Part shown: piece after piece, positions 45,801-59,106 of the stretch
Layout of the letters: the number at the start of each line of letters is the position of its first letter
Position numbering within the stretch: position 1 is the stretch's first letter
Assembly (NCBI RefSeq): GCF_009914755.1
Contig: NC_060931.1
Length of the DNA: 64,000 nt
Source: the human T2T-CHM13v2.0 reference genome, Homo sapiens
Reading direction: 5' to 3' (one strand)
The notes under the pieces: model-generated
The model's database searches: none
Seen by the model: only the letters and a program-made list of their open reading frames with translations
What the model was told of the DNA's origin: nothing
Program-made: the position numbers and the translations under genes

Positions 45801-46608
45801 CAAAAACAATACAGGAGACCCACTGAACAACAAAAATTAAACAGTGGTCTCATGTTTAAAATGGGGGGAGCAAATCTAGGTTATATACAATGTAAAATGA
45901 AATGAGCAAATACCTACTTCAATTGTGTTTTAATTACTCTTCATATTATTGTGTGAAAAAGAGGTGATTCTTTCTAAATAATAAACATAAACAAAATGTA
46001 ACAAATCTATCAAAGTGCATATTTATGTACAGTTAAACACACGTATATTTTCTAAAATTTCTGAATTTTAACTCAATTTATATATGCGTCCTTAGCTAAA
46101 ATATTTATAATTAATGAAGATGATAAACACTTTAAATTTACTACTTCACTTACTTCATGCTCACTCTAGAAAGACTGGCTGCAAATACACAGCGAATTTT
46201 TGGACTTAGATGCTGCTCTTCAAATTACACTGTGGTTGTAGCACATTAGAAACAGCTGGGTAGTGCTGGGTTTTCAAGAGATCAACATTTTCCCCTTATC
46301 AAAGTTCTGAACCAACTTGAAAGAGAAAGGAGAAAAGTACCTTCAGGACAGATAAAGTCCAGATTGAAATAAGTGGCCTAATTGTGTATTAACAATGGGC
46401 TCCCTAACCACTCAGGCAGGAATGAGGCCTCCAGGGCTTTTTGCTATCAGGCACAGAGCTGACCACAGCAGAACAGAAGTCAAACTCTAAAGAGGAGGGG
46501 TGAGGTGGAGAAGAGATTGAGACTCTACTCAGCTCACCAGTGAAGTAACTCACTCCACTTCTCTTAGGAGAGGAAAGAGTACGTACGAGGTTAAAAGTAT
46601 TTAGAGGG

Positions 46609-47259
<651 letters not shown>

Positions 47260-47547
47260 TCAGAAAAACCATAGTAATGGGTTTATATCTCCCACCAATA
47301 TGGAAGGTTTTTGTTTATTGCTTGTTTTTATTTCCTTAGAAACCTGCTGGGGCCTAAGCTGAAACCATGAAATTAGAATCTCTCAAAACGGAGTATGTGG
47401 CATCAAAAAAGATTCCCAGCTCATTCTTATGTGCATCCTTACTGAGGCACCTTAGAAGGAAGTGAAAAATCATTCACAAATTGAGACCAATCATCTAATT
47501 CACCTGGTATATGTGTCTGATTTCTGAGGATGCTTAAGATGTAATAA

Positions 47548-48490
47548 ATGTATTGATTCAACAAAGATTGGCTTTGTACTGTGTGCCAAACTCTGTTCTA
47601 GGCCCTTAGTGTGATCTAGAAAGAAACCAGAGAACCCTGCCTCATGAAGCTCATGCATTCCAATCATGGAAACAGGCATAAACAACTGACATGATAAAGA
47701 AATACATTGTTTAATTGGTTATAGGGTGATAAGTGAGTATTACAGAAAAGAAAAGAAAAATTGGGCAACACAGTGGGTATTGGGATTGAATGTCAGCAGA
47801 ATCAGATCATGTAAGACCCTATAGCTTATTGTAGAACTTTAGCTTTTTCTTTGAGTAAATTGAGGGTCATTGCTGGAAACATAATTTTATTTAAATTTTA
47901 AATGAATCACTCTGGACTTCTGCTTTTAGCTCTGATATGCAAAGAGCTTAGAAACTGTCATTCTCCTGTTTACAACAAGAAAAAGCTGAACAAAATAAAA
48001 TCAGAACTTTTCTTGAACCCATCAGAATAACAAGATTACAGGGTCAACTGCCACGCTGAATCCAGAGAGACTGGTGAATCCAGAGAGATTCTAAGCTGAG
48101 GTATTACCTGAAGCAGAAGCCACAGGAGCCATAAACTGAAACTAAGTCTACTTTTTATGGGCTCATCCATAGACTGGACAGAGCTGAACAAGGAGTCAGT
48201 GAGCTTGAAGATAGGTCAACAGAAACTTCCAAAAGTGAAATGCAAAGACAGAAAGGAATGGGGGAAAATGAATATCCAAGAACTTTGGTATCATTTCAAA
48301 TGGTGTGGTGTAACATAACTGATTTTAAAAATCATTGGCTACAGTGCTAAGACTGTGACTGGGTAAGGGGGGAAGCTAGAAAATCACTTAGGAGTCAATT
48401 TCAGATACCTAGAAGAAGAGTATGGTGCTGTTAGCCAGGATACCAACAGTAGAGCTGGTGAGAAGTGGTCAGATTATGGGTATAGTTTGA
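47548..48490 (-). mobile_element. L2 fragments, interrupted at ~47918-48320 by an old L1 5'/ORF1 fragment on the + strand
   Basis: attcaacaaa...tgtgccaaactctgttctagg; atcactctgg....ggct; gagaagtggtcagatt; insert contains cagtgagcttgaagataggtcaa. Confidence 0.6.
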
Positions 48491-48754
48491 AATCCTATTA
48501 GCCTTTCTTTCTAATATAATGAATAGTTCATTTTTATGTCATGAGTTACAACTCACATGCACTGTAAAATCTGAGCTTTATAAAATCCTTAAAATCATAA
48601 AGAATACTTTATAGTGAACAAAACTAAGGTTCATGGAGATGCCAAATCAGATTTTCTAATGCCAAGCCGATTTTGGCTACATAATTTTCAGGGATAACTT
48701 TGATCCTTTTGGAAGCTACCAGAGAAAGTACAACTATTTGGAAAGGAGGCTATA

Positions 48755-50725
48755 CAGGCATACTTCATTTAAATGTGCTTCTTTTTACTGTACTGTGCAG
48801 ATATTGTACTTTTTACAAATTGAAGGTTTGTGGCAACCATGCATTGGGCAAGTCTATCAAAACAATTTTTTCAACAGCATGTGCTAACTTAGTACGTCTG
48901 TATTACATTTTAGTAATACCTATATTTCAAATTTTTTCATTATTATATCTGTTATGATGATCTGTAATCAGTGATCTTTGATGTTACTGTTGTAATGGTT
49001 TTGGGGTGCCTCAAACTGTGTTCATATAAGATGACAAACTTAATTGATAAGTGTTGAGTGTGCTCTGACTATTCCACCAACCGGCTGTTCCCCATCTCTC
49101 TCCCTCTACTCAGTCTTCCCTATTCCCTGAGGCACAAGAATATTGAAATTAGGTCAGTTAATAACTCTATAATAGCTTCTAAGTGATCAAGTGAAAGAAG
49201 AGTCACATGTCTCTCACTTTAAGTCAAAAGGTAGAAATGATTAAGCTCAGTGAGAGATAGATGTCAAAAGCTGATGTAGGCTGAAAGCTAGGCCTCTTGC
49301 AACAAACAGCCAAGTGATTAATGCACAGGAAAAGTTAATAGAAATTAATAGTGCTACTCCAGTGAACACATGAATGATAAGAAGTCTAAATAGCCTTACT
49401 GCTGATACGAAGAAAGTTTCAAGGGTCTGGATAGAAGATCAAATCAGCCACAACATTTTCTTAAGCCAAAACCTAATTAATAGCAGGGCCCTAACTCTCT
49501 TCAACTCTATGAAGCCTGAGAGATGTAGGCAAGCTGCAAAAGAAAAGTGGGAAGCTAGCAGAGGATGGTTCATTAGGTTTAAGAAAAGAAGCCCTCTCTA
49601 TAACATGAAAGTGCAAGATGAAACAGCAAGCGCTGATGCAGAAGCTATAACAAGTTATCCAGGAGATCTAGCTAGCTGATAAAAGTCGTTACACTGAAAA
49701 CAGATTTCCATTGTAGACAAAACAGCCTCATGTTGGAAAAAAGATGACATGTAGGACTTTCATAACTAGAGAGAAGTCAACTCCTGGTTTCAAATCTTCA
49801 AAGGGCAGGCTGACTCTCTTGTTACTGGCTAATGCAGCTGGTGACTTAAATTGAAGTCAATGGTTATCTACCATTCTGTAAACAGTAAGGCCCTTAAGAA
49901 TTGTGCTAAATCTACTCTGCCTGAGCTCTGTAAATGGAACAACAAAGCCTGGATGACAGAACATCTGTTTACACCATGGATGACAAGAAATTTTAAGCCC
50001 ACTTGGTAAGACCCACTGCTTCAAAAGAAAGATGCCTTTACAAAGTATTACTGCTCATTGACAATGTACTTGGTCAGCCAAGAGCTCTGATGCAGATGTA
50101 CAAGGAGATTCATGTTGTTTTCATGCCTATTAACAAAATATCTATTCTGCAGCCCATGGATCAAGGAGTAATTTCAAATTTCCAGTCTTATTTAAGAAAC
50201 ATATTTTGTAAGGCAATAGCTTTCATATAGTGATGCTTCTGATAGATCTTGGCAAAGTAAATTGAAAAGCTTCTGGAAATGCCACCTTCTAGGTGGCATT
50301 AAGAACATTCAGGATTCATGGGGGGAGGTCAAAATAACAACATTAACAGGAGTTTGGGAGAAGAATTTTTTGTGAAGAGTCAACTGACATGGCAAAATTT
50401 GAAGAAACTGCCACAGCCACTGCAAACTTTAGAAACTACCGCCCTGATCAGTCAGCAGCCATCCACATTAAGGCAAACAGATTATGACTCATTGAAGGCT
50501 CAGATTATCATTAGCATTTTTTAAGCAACAAAGTATTTTTAAATTAAGGTATCTACATTGTTTTTAGAGATAATGCTATTGCACATTAAATAGTCTACAA
50601 TATAATGTAAACATTACTTTTATATGCACTGGGAAAACAAGAAAATTGTGTAATTCACTTTATTGTGATACTCACTTTATTGCAGTGGTATGGAACAAAC
50701 CCTCAATTTTCCCACAGTATCCCTG
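48755..50725 (+). mobile_element. Tigger1 DNA transposon with both ends, internally deleted; disrupted pogo/CENP-B-like transposase
   Basis: TA|caggcatac...gtatccctg|TA; fragments [29 protein letters not shown]; discontinuity near 50360-50400. Confidence 0.93.
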
Positions 50726-51149
50726 TACATTTATAGCCATATCACAGTCTTACAGCCAAAAGAGTACACTAGTATTGACACGAAAGCATTCTAAACATGG
50801 TTTAAACTGACAGGCCAATTGTGTCTACGTGGAGCCACAAATTTCCAAACAGGAAATATTCTGATTATTTTACTCCATTAATAATTGTAATGCATTCATT
50901 CAGGAAAGAGTTACAGTAGAGAAAGACCATGTAATAACTTGGTTCCTTTGCACATAGACACAGCCAGTGGCAGCATTTATTATCTGTGAATTCATTAACA
51001 TGAAAATGTTAAACATGCTAATCATGTTGAATAGCAGCCGAGTTACACCTATTATTAATAATGGAATAATACCTATTGTTGTCACATTAGTGTAATGCAA
51101 GGCAATATGCAGTCACCTCTTACAATAACAACTCCAGCTCCGCTGTTCA

Positions 51150-51340
51150 TAACTCTTCTCATCCATGGCTCCTAGATAGTTTTACAAACATTAATTAAGA
51201 CTTACATTACTTCTCTGAGACTGGGAACTGCCGTAGTCATCATCTTGATGTGAGACTAGAGATTAAGCCATGTTATTAAAAGCACAGAAACAATGCTAGG
51301 ATTAAAGCTCATGACAACGACATTTGAAACCTGAACTTTC
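51150..51340 (-). mobile_element. Ancient MIR-family SINE fragment (MIR1_Amn/MIR3-like)
   Basis: tttacaaacattaattaag...ctgagactggg...gagactagagattaag. Confidence 0.4.
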
Positions 51341-52997
51341 AAACAATGTAAGGAATACATGTACCATTATCTTTTAATTGTACACTCATCACAAGCATAT
51401 ATATTTTGTAACTGCTATTCATGACTTTGTGGAAACTGTGCACACTGATTGCAAAAGTTTTCAAAATAAAGTGTATTATTTTGCATATCAACATCTTAAC
51501 ATTTTCAAAAACTAAAATTATTTTAATAGGTCATCTTCATTGATATCGGAAGTTTATCTTTCATAGTCAGTTTGAGAAGGCAATCAGGTTTCCAGAATGT
51601 TATTCCCTACCCCCAAGATTATATTGCAATTTAGTTACAGGGTCTGGAATCGAACTTCTGATCCTTTAACTTTTCATCTGACTTGCTCTACTGAGCCGTG
51701 CTGCATTGCACTAAAACAAAGCATGCTAAGAATTTGAATTCACTTTAGAAGGTCAGCTTTGCTGGAAGATTGCCCTTTTTTCCTCACCATTAAAAAAATA
51801 AGTAAAAAATAAAAAGTTATGTTCTGAAAGGCCATTTTATATTGTGTCCTCCACACTTTTAAAGTAAAGCTGAGAAAGTTTCAATGCTGTTATCAGATTA
51901 CATTGAAGAATCTTCCAATTTTCTCGTAAATTATCTTCTATTTCATTAAGTGTCCTGTTAAAACATCTAAAGGTATTCAGTCTCATTTTCTTTCTTAACT
52001 TTTTATTACTTAAGAAGTGTTACACTTAAAGTATCAACATTTAATCTAAGATCATTTTGATTGCTTTTAAGCATTAGCATAATCATGTGGCTTTATTAGG
52101 TTCAATTCTACACTGTCAGTCATTCTTTTAAAAGTCAGTATCTATATAAATGCCAAAAAATCACTTGTCGTCAGGGCTTTTTTTTTTTTCTTTTTTTTTT
52201 TTTGCTTTCCAGTGTCTTCTAGCATCTAGTATCTAAGCACTTCTGCACAGGCAAAATGACACAAGTGTCGACAATAGACAGACACTAAATATATCTTTTA
52301 ACTACATCTTCTTTAAGAGGACAAGAGTAAAACAGATGAGATCTCTTACACATTAGAGTGCACAGAACCCACACTTTAAATACAATGTAGAGCTAATGCT
52401 AACCTACATGACCATTTTCAATATCAAATTACCATCAGCAACTGGGGGCTGCTAAGCATACCACCAAATACTGCAGCATCTTTACACAAAGGAAACGTTA
52501 GTGTTTTCTGGCTTTTAATATTGATATCAACATTTGCTTCGTTAGCAAAAGCTCCCTTCTTGGGAGAAATATTGAATTATTAAATAATGTAGGTTGCAGG
52601 TTTCTATATATATTATATCACCCCAGGTACTAATTTTTCAGGAAAATATGAAACAAGAGAGAGAGAAAAATTTGTTCATTACTTTAAAGTAGTTTTGAAA
52701 TATAAAGTGAGATCTTCCATTACACTTTTTTAAAGAACTATTGCGTAGCCTCTGGCTAACTGAATAAAAAAAAGAAAAAATATTCACTGCTTTTAAAAGA
52801 TGCATTCATTTTAATATATATGTGATAATTATATGGATATGAATATACCCTTTCACAAGATATTACATTTACTATAAGCTCTGTATTACTTAATATTTGT
52901 GTCATTATTGAACTTCCAAAACTGAAAATGTAATAAATTTTCAAGATATGGTAGAAAAGAGAAAGGTTACCTATGTCATTAAAAATCTGTTCTATTC

Positions 52998-53596
52998 AAT
53001 TAGTTCAACCATTGTGGAAGACAGTGTGGCGATTCCTCAAGGATCTAGAACTAGAAATACCATTTGACCCAGCAATCCCAGTACTGGGTATATACCCAAA
53101 AGATTATAAATCATGCTACAATAAAGACACATGCACACGTATGTTTATTGTAGCACTATTCACAGTAGCAAAGACTTGGAACCAACCCAAATGTCCATCA
53201 ATGATAGACTGGATTAAGAAAATGTGGCACATATACACCATGGAATACTGTGCAGCCATAAAAAAGGATGAGTTCATGTCCTTTTCAGGGACATGGATGA
53301 AGCTGGAAACCATCATTCTCAGCAAACTATCACAAAGGCAGAAAACCAAACACCGCATGTTCTCACTAATAGGTGGGATTTGAACAATGAGAACACTTGG
53401 ACGCAGGGTGGGGAACATCACACACTGGAGCCTGTCATGGGTTTGGGGGCTGGCGGGGGATAGCATTAGGAGAAATACCTAACGTAAATGACGAGTTGAT
53501 GGGTGCAGCAAACGAACATGGCGCGTGTATACCTATGTAACAAACCTGCACGTTGTGCACATGTACCCTAGAACTTAAAGTATAATAATAAAAAAA
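52998..53596 (+). mobile_element. 5'-truncated L1PA5/6-like 3' end (~600 bp)
   Basis: LVQPLWKTVWRFLKDL...MFSLIGG; 3'UTR and A tail; probable TSD aaaaatct(g/a)tt. Confidence 0.93.
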
Positions 53597-54190
53597 TCTA
53601 TTAGTCTTTCATTAAGATTTGGGAAAATGTTCTTGAAATTTCTTAAAAAGCCATCAAGGCAAAGAGCTTGATATATTATTTGAACAAGTTATTTAATGTT
53701 TTTATTTATTTTAAGAGAACTTCTTATTCCGCTTGAAAAATTAATACATTAAAATAGGCTAAGTTCGCGTTAGTAATTTTGGAGCCATGTAAATATACAG
53801 AATCACTATTTCTGTATTAATAGAATCATTAATACTATAGAGACCAAATGTTCTGTTTGATTAAAAAGTTCCTGAACTAAATCTTGACTAAGATTTCATT
53901 TTAACACTACAGAGCACAGCAGAGATTATTTCACATGTAAAAATTTAGAGCAACTGTAAATAGTTTTCTCTTTGATAACAGAAGACTCTTCAGCATTATT
54001 CTTATTGCTCTGAATGCTTTAAACAGCATTGCTTTCCAAACTGCCTGCCTACAAAATTCATCTTACTATAATTAAACAAATTGATCTAAACTAATAATGG
54101 AATTATTTAATATTGTCTATTTGAATTTTGAAAATGTCCACCCTAGAGAGTTAGAATACTTCGGATTGACAGACTTGGTCTGTGGGAATG

Positions 54191-54236
54191 AATTATTGTG
54201 GGAATGAATACTGACTTATTCATTCCCACAATAATT
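54191..54236. repeat. Perfect 20-bp inverted repeat with a 6-nt loop
   Basis: aattattgtgggaatgaata-ctgact-tattcattcccacaataatt. Confidence 0.97.
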
Positions 54237-54592
54237 AAACAATGGAAATGTTTTCTTCTCCTGGCCAATTCTAATTCATTAATGTAATCAATATGAGAAG
54301 AAGATCAGTCTCCCTACTTCCCATCTAGGTAGAGTATTCATCCATATCATCTGCTGTACATCATCAAGGCATCAGGATACAATTTAAGGAGAGATGGTCG
54401 AAGACACAATTTTGCACCAACTGAGAGTTATATTTGGTGAGTCAGGACAACAATCCCCTCCCACTGATTATAAGAAGGCTCTGCCAATCTATGCTGATCT
54501 TATGCAACTAGTTCTATAGGTGACTTCTGCTAAAGTGCAATGAGATAAAAGAACATCATAAATATGTTCTCTAAACATTTCCAACTACATAC

Positions 54593-54630
54593 CTCAATAC
54601 ACCCATCCATAGACTACAAGTCTGAATTAC
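54593..54630 (-). other. Candidate 38-nt exon that begins with a 5'SS-like motif (possible recursive-splice exon)
   Basis: gtctttttattattgcttgttttatgttatcttttacag|GTAATTCAG...GTATTGAG|gtatgt; motif evidence only. Confidence 0.3.
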
Positions 54631-55585
54631 CTGTAAAAGATAACATAAAACAAGCAATAATAAAAAGACTTCTACTTGTTTTAGTCTTTTATCTCTATTT
54701 CCCACCTTTAAAATGAAAATAGTAATGATCATGCTTCTCCTTCCCGAAGAAACAATGAAAGCTTAACTTGCATTGAGAATATCAGTCATCTATTATTTGT
54801 AAGAATTATTCATCTGAGCATATGACACATGTTTTTGTTTACTTCATGTAATAGTAGATGGTATCATCACAAGAGAATTAAAAATATTTCTTATTTCATA
54901 AAGTGTCAAATCCCTGGCCCAAGGCTACTGATGAAACCCTGCCAAGACACACATATGATCTATAACATCCTCATAAAACATTCTTCTATGGCCTCACCCT
55001 TTATGTAATGCAATCATCACTGAAATAAGTTAGATTTTCATGGCATAGCACCTACCAGCTAGCTAAAAGAACATCACTCTATCTGAAATATCAATAGCTA
55101 CAAACAGCTGATTTTGACACACAAATCAGTCATTTAGAAATTAATGATTAAAACATTATGTACTCCATGCTTTTACAACTGAATTTTTAAGTTTTCTATA
55201 AAATAATCCTATAGATATAAAACATGGGGTGTTTTATATTTATATATATTAATAAAACATACTAACATATTAAAACAAACTTACTAACAAAACAAACATA
55301 CTAACACTGAAATGTTAGGTGAGCTAACCAGTGAAAGTAAAGACTATTGTTTATTTCTTTCTAAATTATTGTTATGAACTATCTCTATTTAAACAAATAA
55401 TGGTTCCTGATTAGAGATCAGAACTTCCACCTATTTGTTTATACATCAATTCAGTTTCTAATTGCTTATGTCCGCACTTGAAGCTTCAGTACCTAAGGCT
55501 TTCGAGATACTTTCCCTCTGAGAAAGATTTGATAACATTTTTCCTGTTTTTTTTTTCTCATCTTTGATTCAGTTTCTGATAAAGT

Positions 55586-55874
55586 AAGGTTTCTCAGCTT
55601 CAATATTACATATTAACATTTGGGGCCAGACAATTTTGTGACATTTCATTTTTTTTTGAGGCGGGGGGGTGGTTAGGAGAATATTTGGTGGGATGGGAGT
55701 GGAAAGAAAGGAGGTGGAGTGTCTTATGCTGTATAAAATGTTTGGCAGCATCCCTGGCCTCAACCTCCCTCCTTTTCATGACAACCAAAACTCCTCCAGA
55801 CATTTCCACATGTCCCGGGACTGAGGCTGAGGGCACTGGGAGAGGGAAAAATCATTCCTGGTTGAAAACCACTG
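55586..55874 (-). mobile_element. MER20 hAT-Charlie element
   Basis: ggtttctcagc..., gcagcatccctggcctc, tgacaaccaaaa..ctccagacatt, ggttgaaaaccactg. Confidence 0.85.
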
Positions 55875-55939
55875 TGATAGAGCCTTCAATTGATTTTTAA
55901 ATATAGCCCTATCAGTTATTTTTTTCGGATTTTAACCTG

Positions 55940-56900
55940 AAAAAAAAAATCCTTCAATTTGAAATCTCCCTTTCTACTTAGGTTAGGGAAAGTAAAAAAA
56001 ATCCTTCAATTTGAGAACTCCCTTTCTACTTAGGTTAGGGAAAGTAAAAAAAAAAATCCTTCAATTTGAGATCTCCCTTTCTACTTAGGTTAGGGAAAGT
56101 TAAAAAAAAATCCTTCAATTTGAGATCTCCCTTTCTACTTAGGTTAGGGAAAGTTAAAAAAAAAAAATCCTTCAATTTGAGATCTCCCTTTCTACTTAGG
56201 TTAGGGAAAGTTAAAAAAAAAATCCTTCAATTTGAGATCTCCCTTTCTACTTAGGTTAGGGAAAGTAAAAAAAATCCTTCAATTTGAGATCTCCCTTTCT
56301 ACTTAGGTTAGGGAAAGTAAAAAAAATCCTTCAATTTGAGATCTCCCTTTCTACTTAGGTTAGGGAAAGTAAAAAAAAAAAATCCTTCAATTTGAGATCT
56401 CCCTTTCTACTTAGGTTAGGGAAAGTTAAAAAAAAATCCTTCAATTTGAGATCTCCCTTTCTACTTAGGTTAGGGAAAGTTAAAAAAATCCTTCAATTTG
56501 AGATCTCCCTTTCTACTTAGGTTAGGGAAAGTAAAAAAAAATCCTTCAATTTGAGATCTCCCTTTCTACTTAGGTTAGGGAAAGTAAAAAAAATCCTTCA
56601 ATTTGAGATCTCCCTTTCTACTTAGGTTAGGGAAAGTAAAAAAAAATCCTTCAATTTGAGATCTCCCTTTCTACTTAGGTTAGGGAAAGTAAAAAAAAAT
56701 CCTTCAATTTGAGATCTCCCTTTCTACTTAGGTTAGGGAAAGTAAAAAAAATCCTTCAATTTGAGATCTCCCTTTCTACTTAGGTTAGGGAAAGTAAAAA
56801 AAATCCTTCAATTTGAGATCTCCCTTTCTACTTAGGTTAGGGAAAGTAAAAAAAAATCCTTCAATTTGAGATCTCCCTTTCTACTTAGGTTAGGGAAAGT
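55940..56900. repeat. Minisatellite/VNTR: 18 copies of a 44-bp core separated by A7-12 tracts (period 52-57 bp)
   Basis: Core tccttcaatttgagatctccctttctacttaggttagggaaagt; copies counted directly. Confidence 0.98.
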
Positions 56901-57210
56901 GTTTTTTCCCCCTCTCATCAAGCCCGTATTCACCGTCTTCCTTCAGAATTATAATAGTAAATATTTTTAATTAGAACAAATTTTCAAAGGAAGTATAAAA
57001 TGCTTAACCACTGTGTGTACATGCTTTAGCCAAAATATTTTATTTCTTTAAATATATCATAAGAAAATAAACAGACACCAAGATGTGTGTGCAACCGGTA
57101 CAGATTTTGATAGGAAAATATTAGAAACAATGCAATTCTCCAATAATAGGGAAGGGACTAGATAAACTATAATCCTGACATATTGGGAAATGTTATACAG
57201 CATTTTTTTA

Positions 57211-57256
57211 TAGGTTGGTGCAAAAGTAATTGCAGCTTTAGCCATTAAAAGTAATG
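57211..57256. mobile_element. MADE1 (Hsmar1-derived MITE), left half only
   Basis: taggttggtgcaaaagtaattgcagctttagccattaaaagtaatg. Confidence 0.85.
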
Positions 57257-57312
57257 TTAAAGAGTAAAATTTATGTGCAAGAAAAGTAATCAAAATATTT
57301 TGTGAAAACACT

Positions 57313-58101
57313 ACATAGAAGCAGCCAACAAACATTAAAAAAGCTCCACATCACTAATCATCAGAGAAACACAAATCAAAACCACAATGGATATTATTTC
57401 ACACCAGTCAGAATGGCTATTAACAAGTTAAAAAAAAAAAAACAAATACCGGCAAGACTGTGGAGAAGAGGGAACGCTTATACACTATTGATGGAAATGT
57501 GAGTTAGTTCAGCCACTGTGGAAAGCAGTTTGGAGATTAATCAAAGAACTTAAAACAGAACTACTACTCAGCCCAGCAATCTCATTACTGGGTATATATC
57601 CAAAAGTAAACAAATCTACCAGAAAGATACACGCACTCACATGTTCACCACAGCACTATTCCCAATACTGGAGACATGGAATCAACCCAGGTGCCCATCA
57701 ATGGTGGTTTGGATGAAGAAAATGCTGTACATATACACTTTGGAATACTATACAGCCATAAAAAAAAACAAAATTATGCCCTTTGCAGCAAAATGAATCC
57801 AACTGAAGGCTATTATCCTAAGCAACTTAATGCAAAAACAGAACACCAAACACATGTCCTCACTTATAAGTGGGAGCTAAACATTTGGTACTCATGGACA
57901 TACACATGACAACAGTAGAAACTGGGAACTACTAGAAGCGGGAGGGAGAGAGGGGGGAAAGTGCTGAAGAACCACCTATTGAGTGCTATACTCAGTACAT
58001 GGGTGATGGGATCATCCATAACCCAGACCTCAGCATCATGTGATATACCCTTATAACAAACCTATACATGTACCCCCTAAATATAAAAGTTGAAAAAAAA
58101 A
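57313..58101 (+). mobile_element. L1PA16/L1PB-like 3' end
   Basis: caccagtcagaatggctatt, gccactgtggaaagcagtttggag, 3'UTR acctcagcatca; flanking repeat ttttgtgaaaac. Confidence 0.88.
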
Positions 58102-58225
58102 AGCCTTTTGTGAAAACCCCACAGAACACCATGCACATTACAGTACCATTTGGTAGACTATAAAATGCACATTAAAAAAAATTGGAGGTACAGACACCAA
58201 ATTATTAACAGTAGATATCTTGGGG

Positions 58226-58246
58226 AGATATATATATATCTTGGGG

Positions 58247-58302
<56 letters not shown>
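58226..58302. repeat. Compound (TA)n(GA)n microsatellite
   Basis: Direct reading. Confidence 0.95.
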
Positions 58303-58305
<3 letters not shown>

Positions 58306-58570
58306 AAGAGTTATCTTTTATATTTTCCTTGGAGTTTTCTATGATTTATGTGTTAGTCACATATTCCTTTTATAAGCATCAAAGAGGGTCAATTTATTCA
58401 TTTTCAGCTATTATATTGACAATTAAAAATTCTTCATGGATATATGGCTGTCTCTCCAAACTTTCAGAACTACACTAAAATGGGTGAATTTTACTCTATA
58501 TCAAATATTTGAATGCAATTATGAATTCTGTGGCACCACACCAATACATAGCCGCATCATAAGCTTCTAA

Positions 58571-58576
58571 TTTATT
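58571..58576 (-). terminator. Candidate polyadenylation signal
   Basis: Minus-strand AATAAA followed about 22 nt later by GU-rich tgtattggtgtggtg. Confidence 0.3.
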
Positions 58577-58783
58577 AAGAAACACTGCATTTACCATGAT
58601 GTTGTGTTCCAAACTTGGTATTTATAATTTTACTGCAAAAAAATTATTTAATCTTTAATGTATGTAGAACTTTTTTAACTGAATTTTAAGAGCATTCACA
58701 ATAATATCAGATATTTTCCTTTAACAGTATTTCTAAATTCTTTACTTTGGCTCTATGAATTGAATAGGGAAAAGAAGGTTTCA

Positions 58784-59106
<323 letters not shown>

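Noticed and set aside
49374-50230. Domesticated Tigger transposase (TIGD-like)
   Set aside because: Multiple stops, frameshifts and an internal deletion
56066-56254. Repetitive ORF MRSPFLLRLGKVKKK...
   Set aside because: Chance frame through the VNTR; it depends on homopolymer lengths and has no ATG start
55978-56895. Interstitial telomeric array or G-quadruplex
   Set aside because: Only one TTAGGG per ~53 bp, not contiguous hexamers; the G-runs are too far apart for a canonical G4
55940-56900. CRISPR-like array
   Set aside because: Repeats are separated only by A-runs, with no unique spacers and no cas genes, and the context is primate DNA; this is a VNTR
57211-57256. miR-548 precursor
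   Set aside because: Only one arm of MADE1 is present, so no hairpin can form
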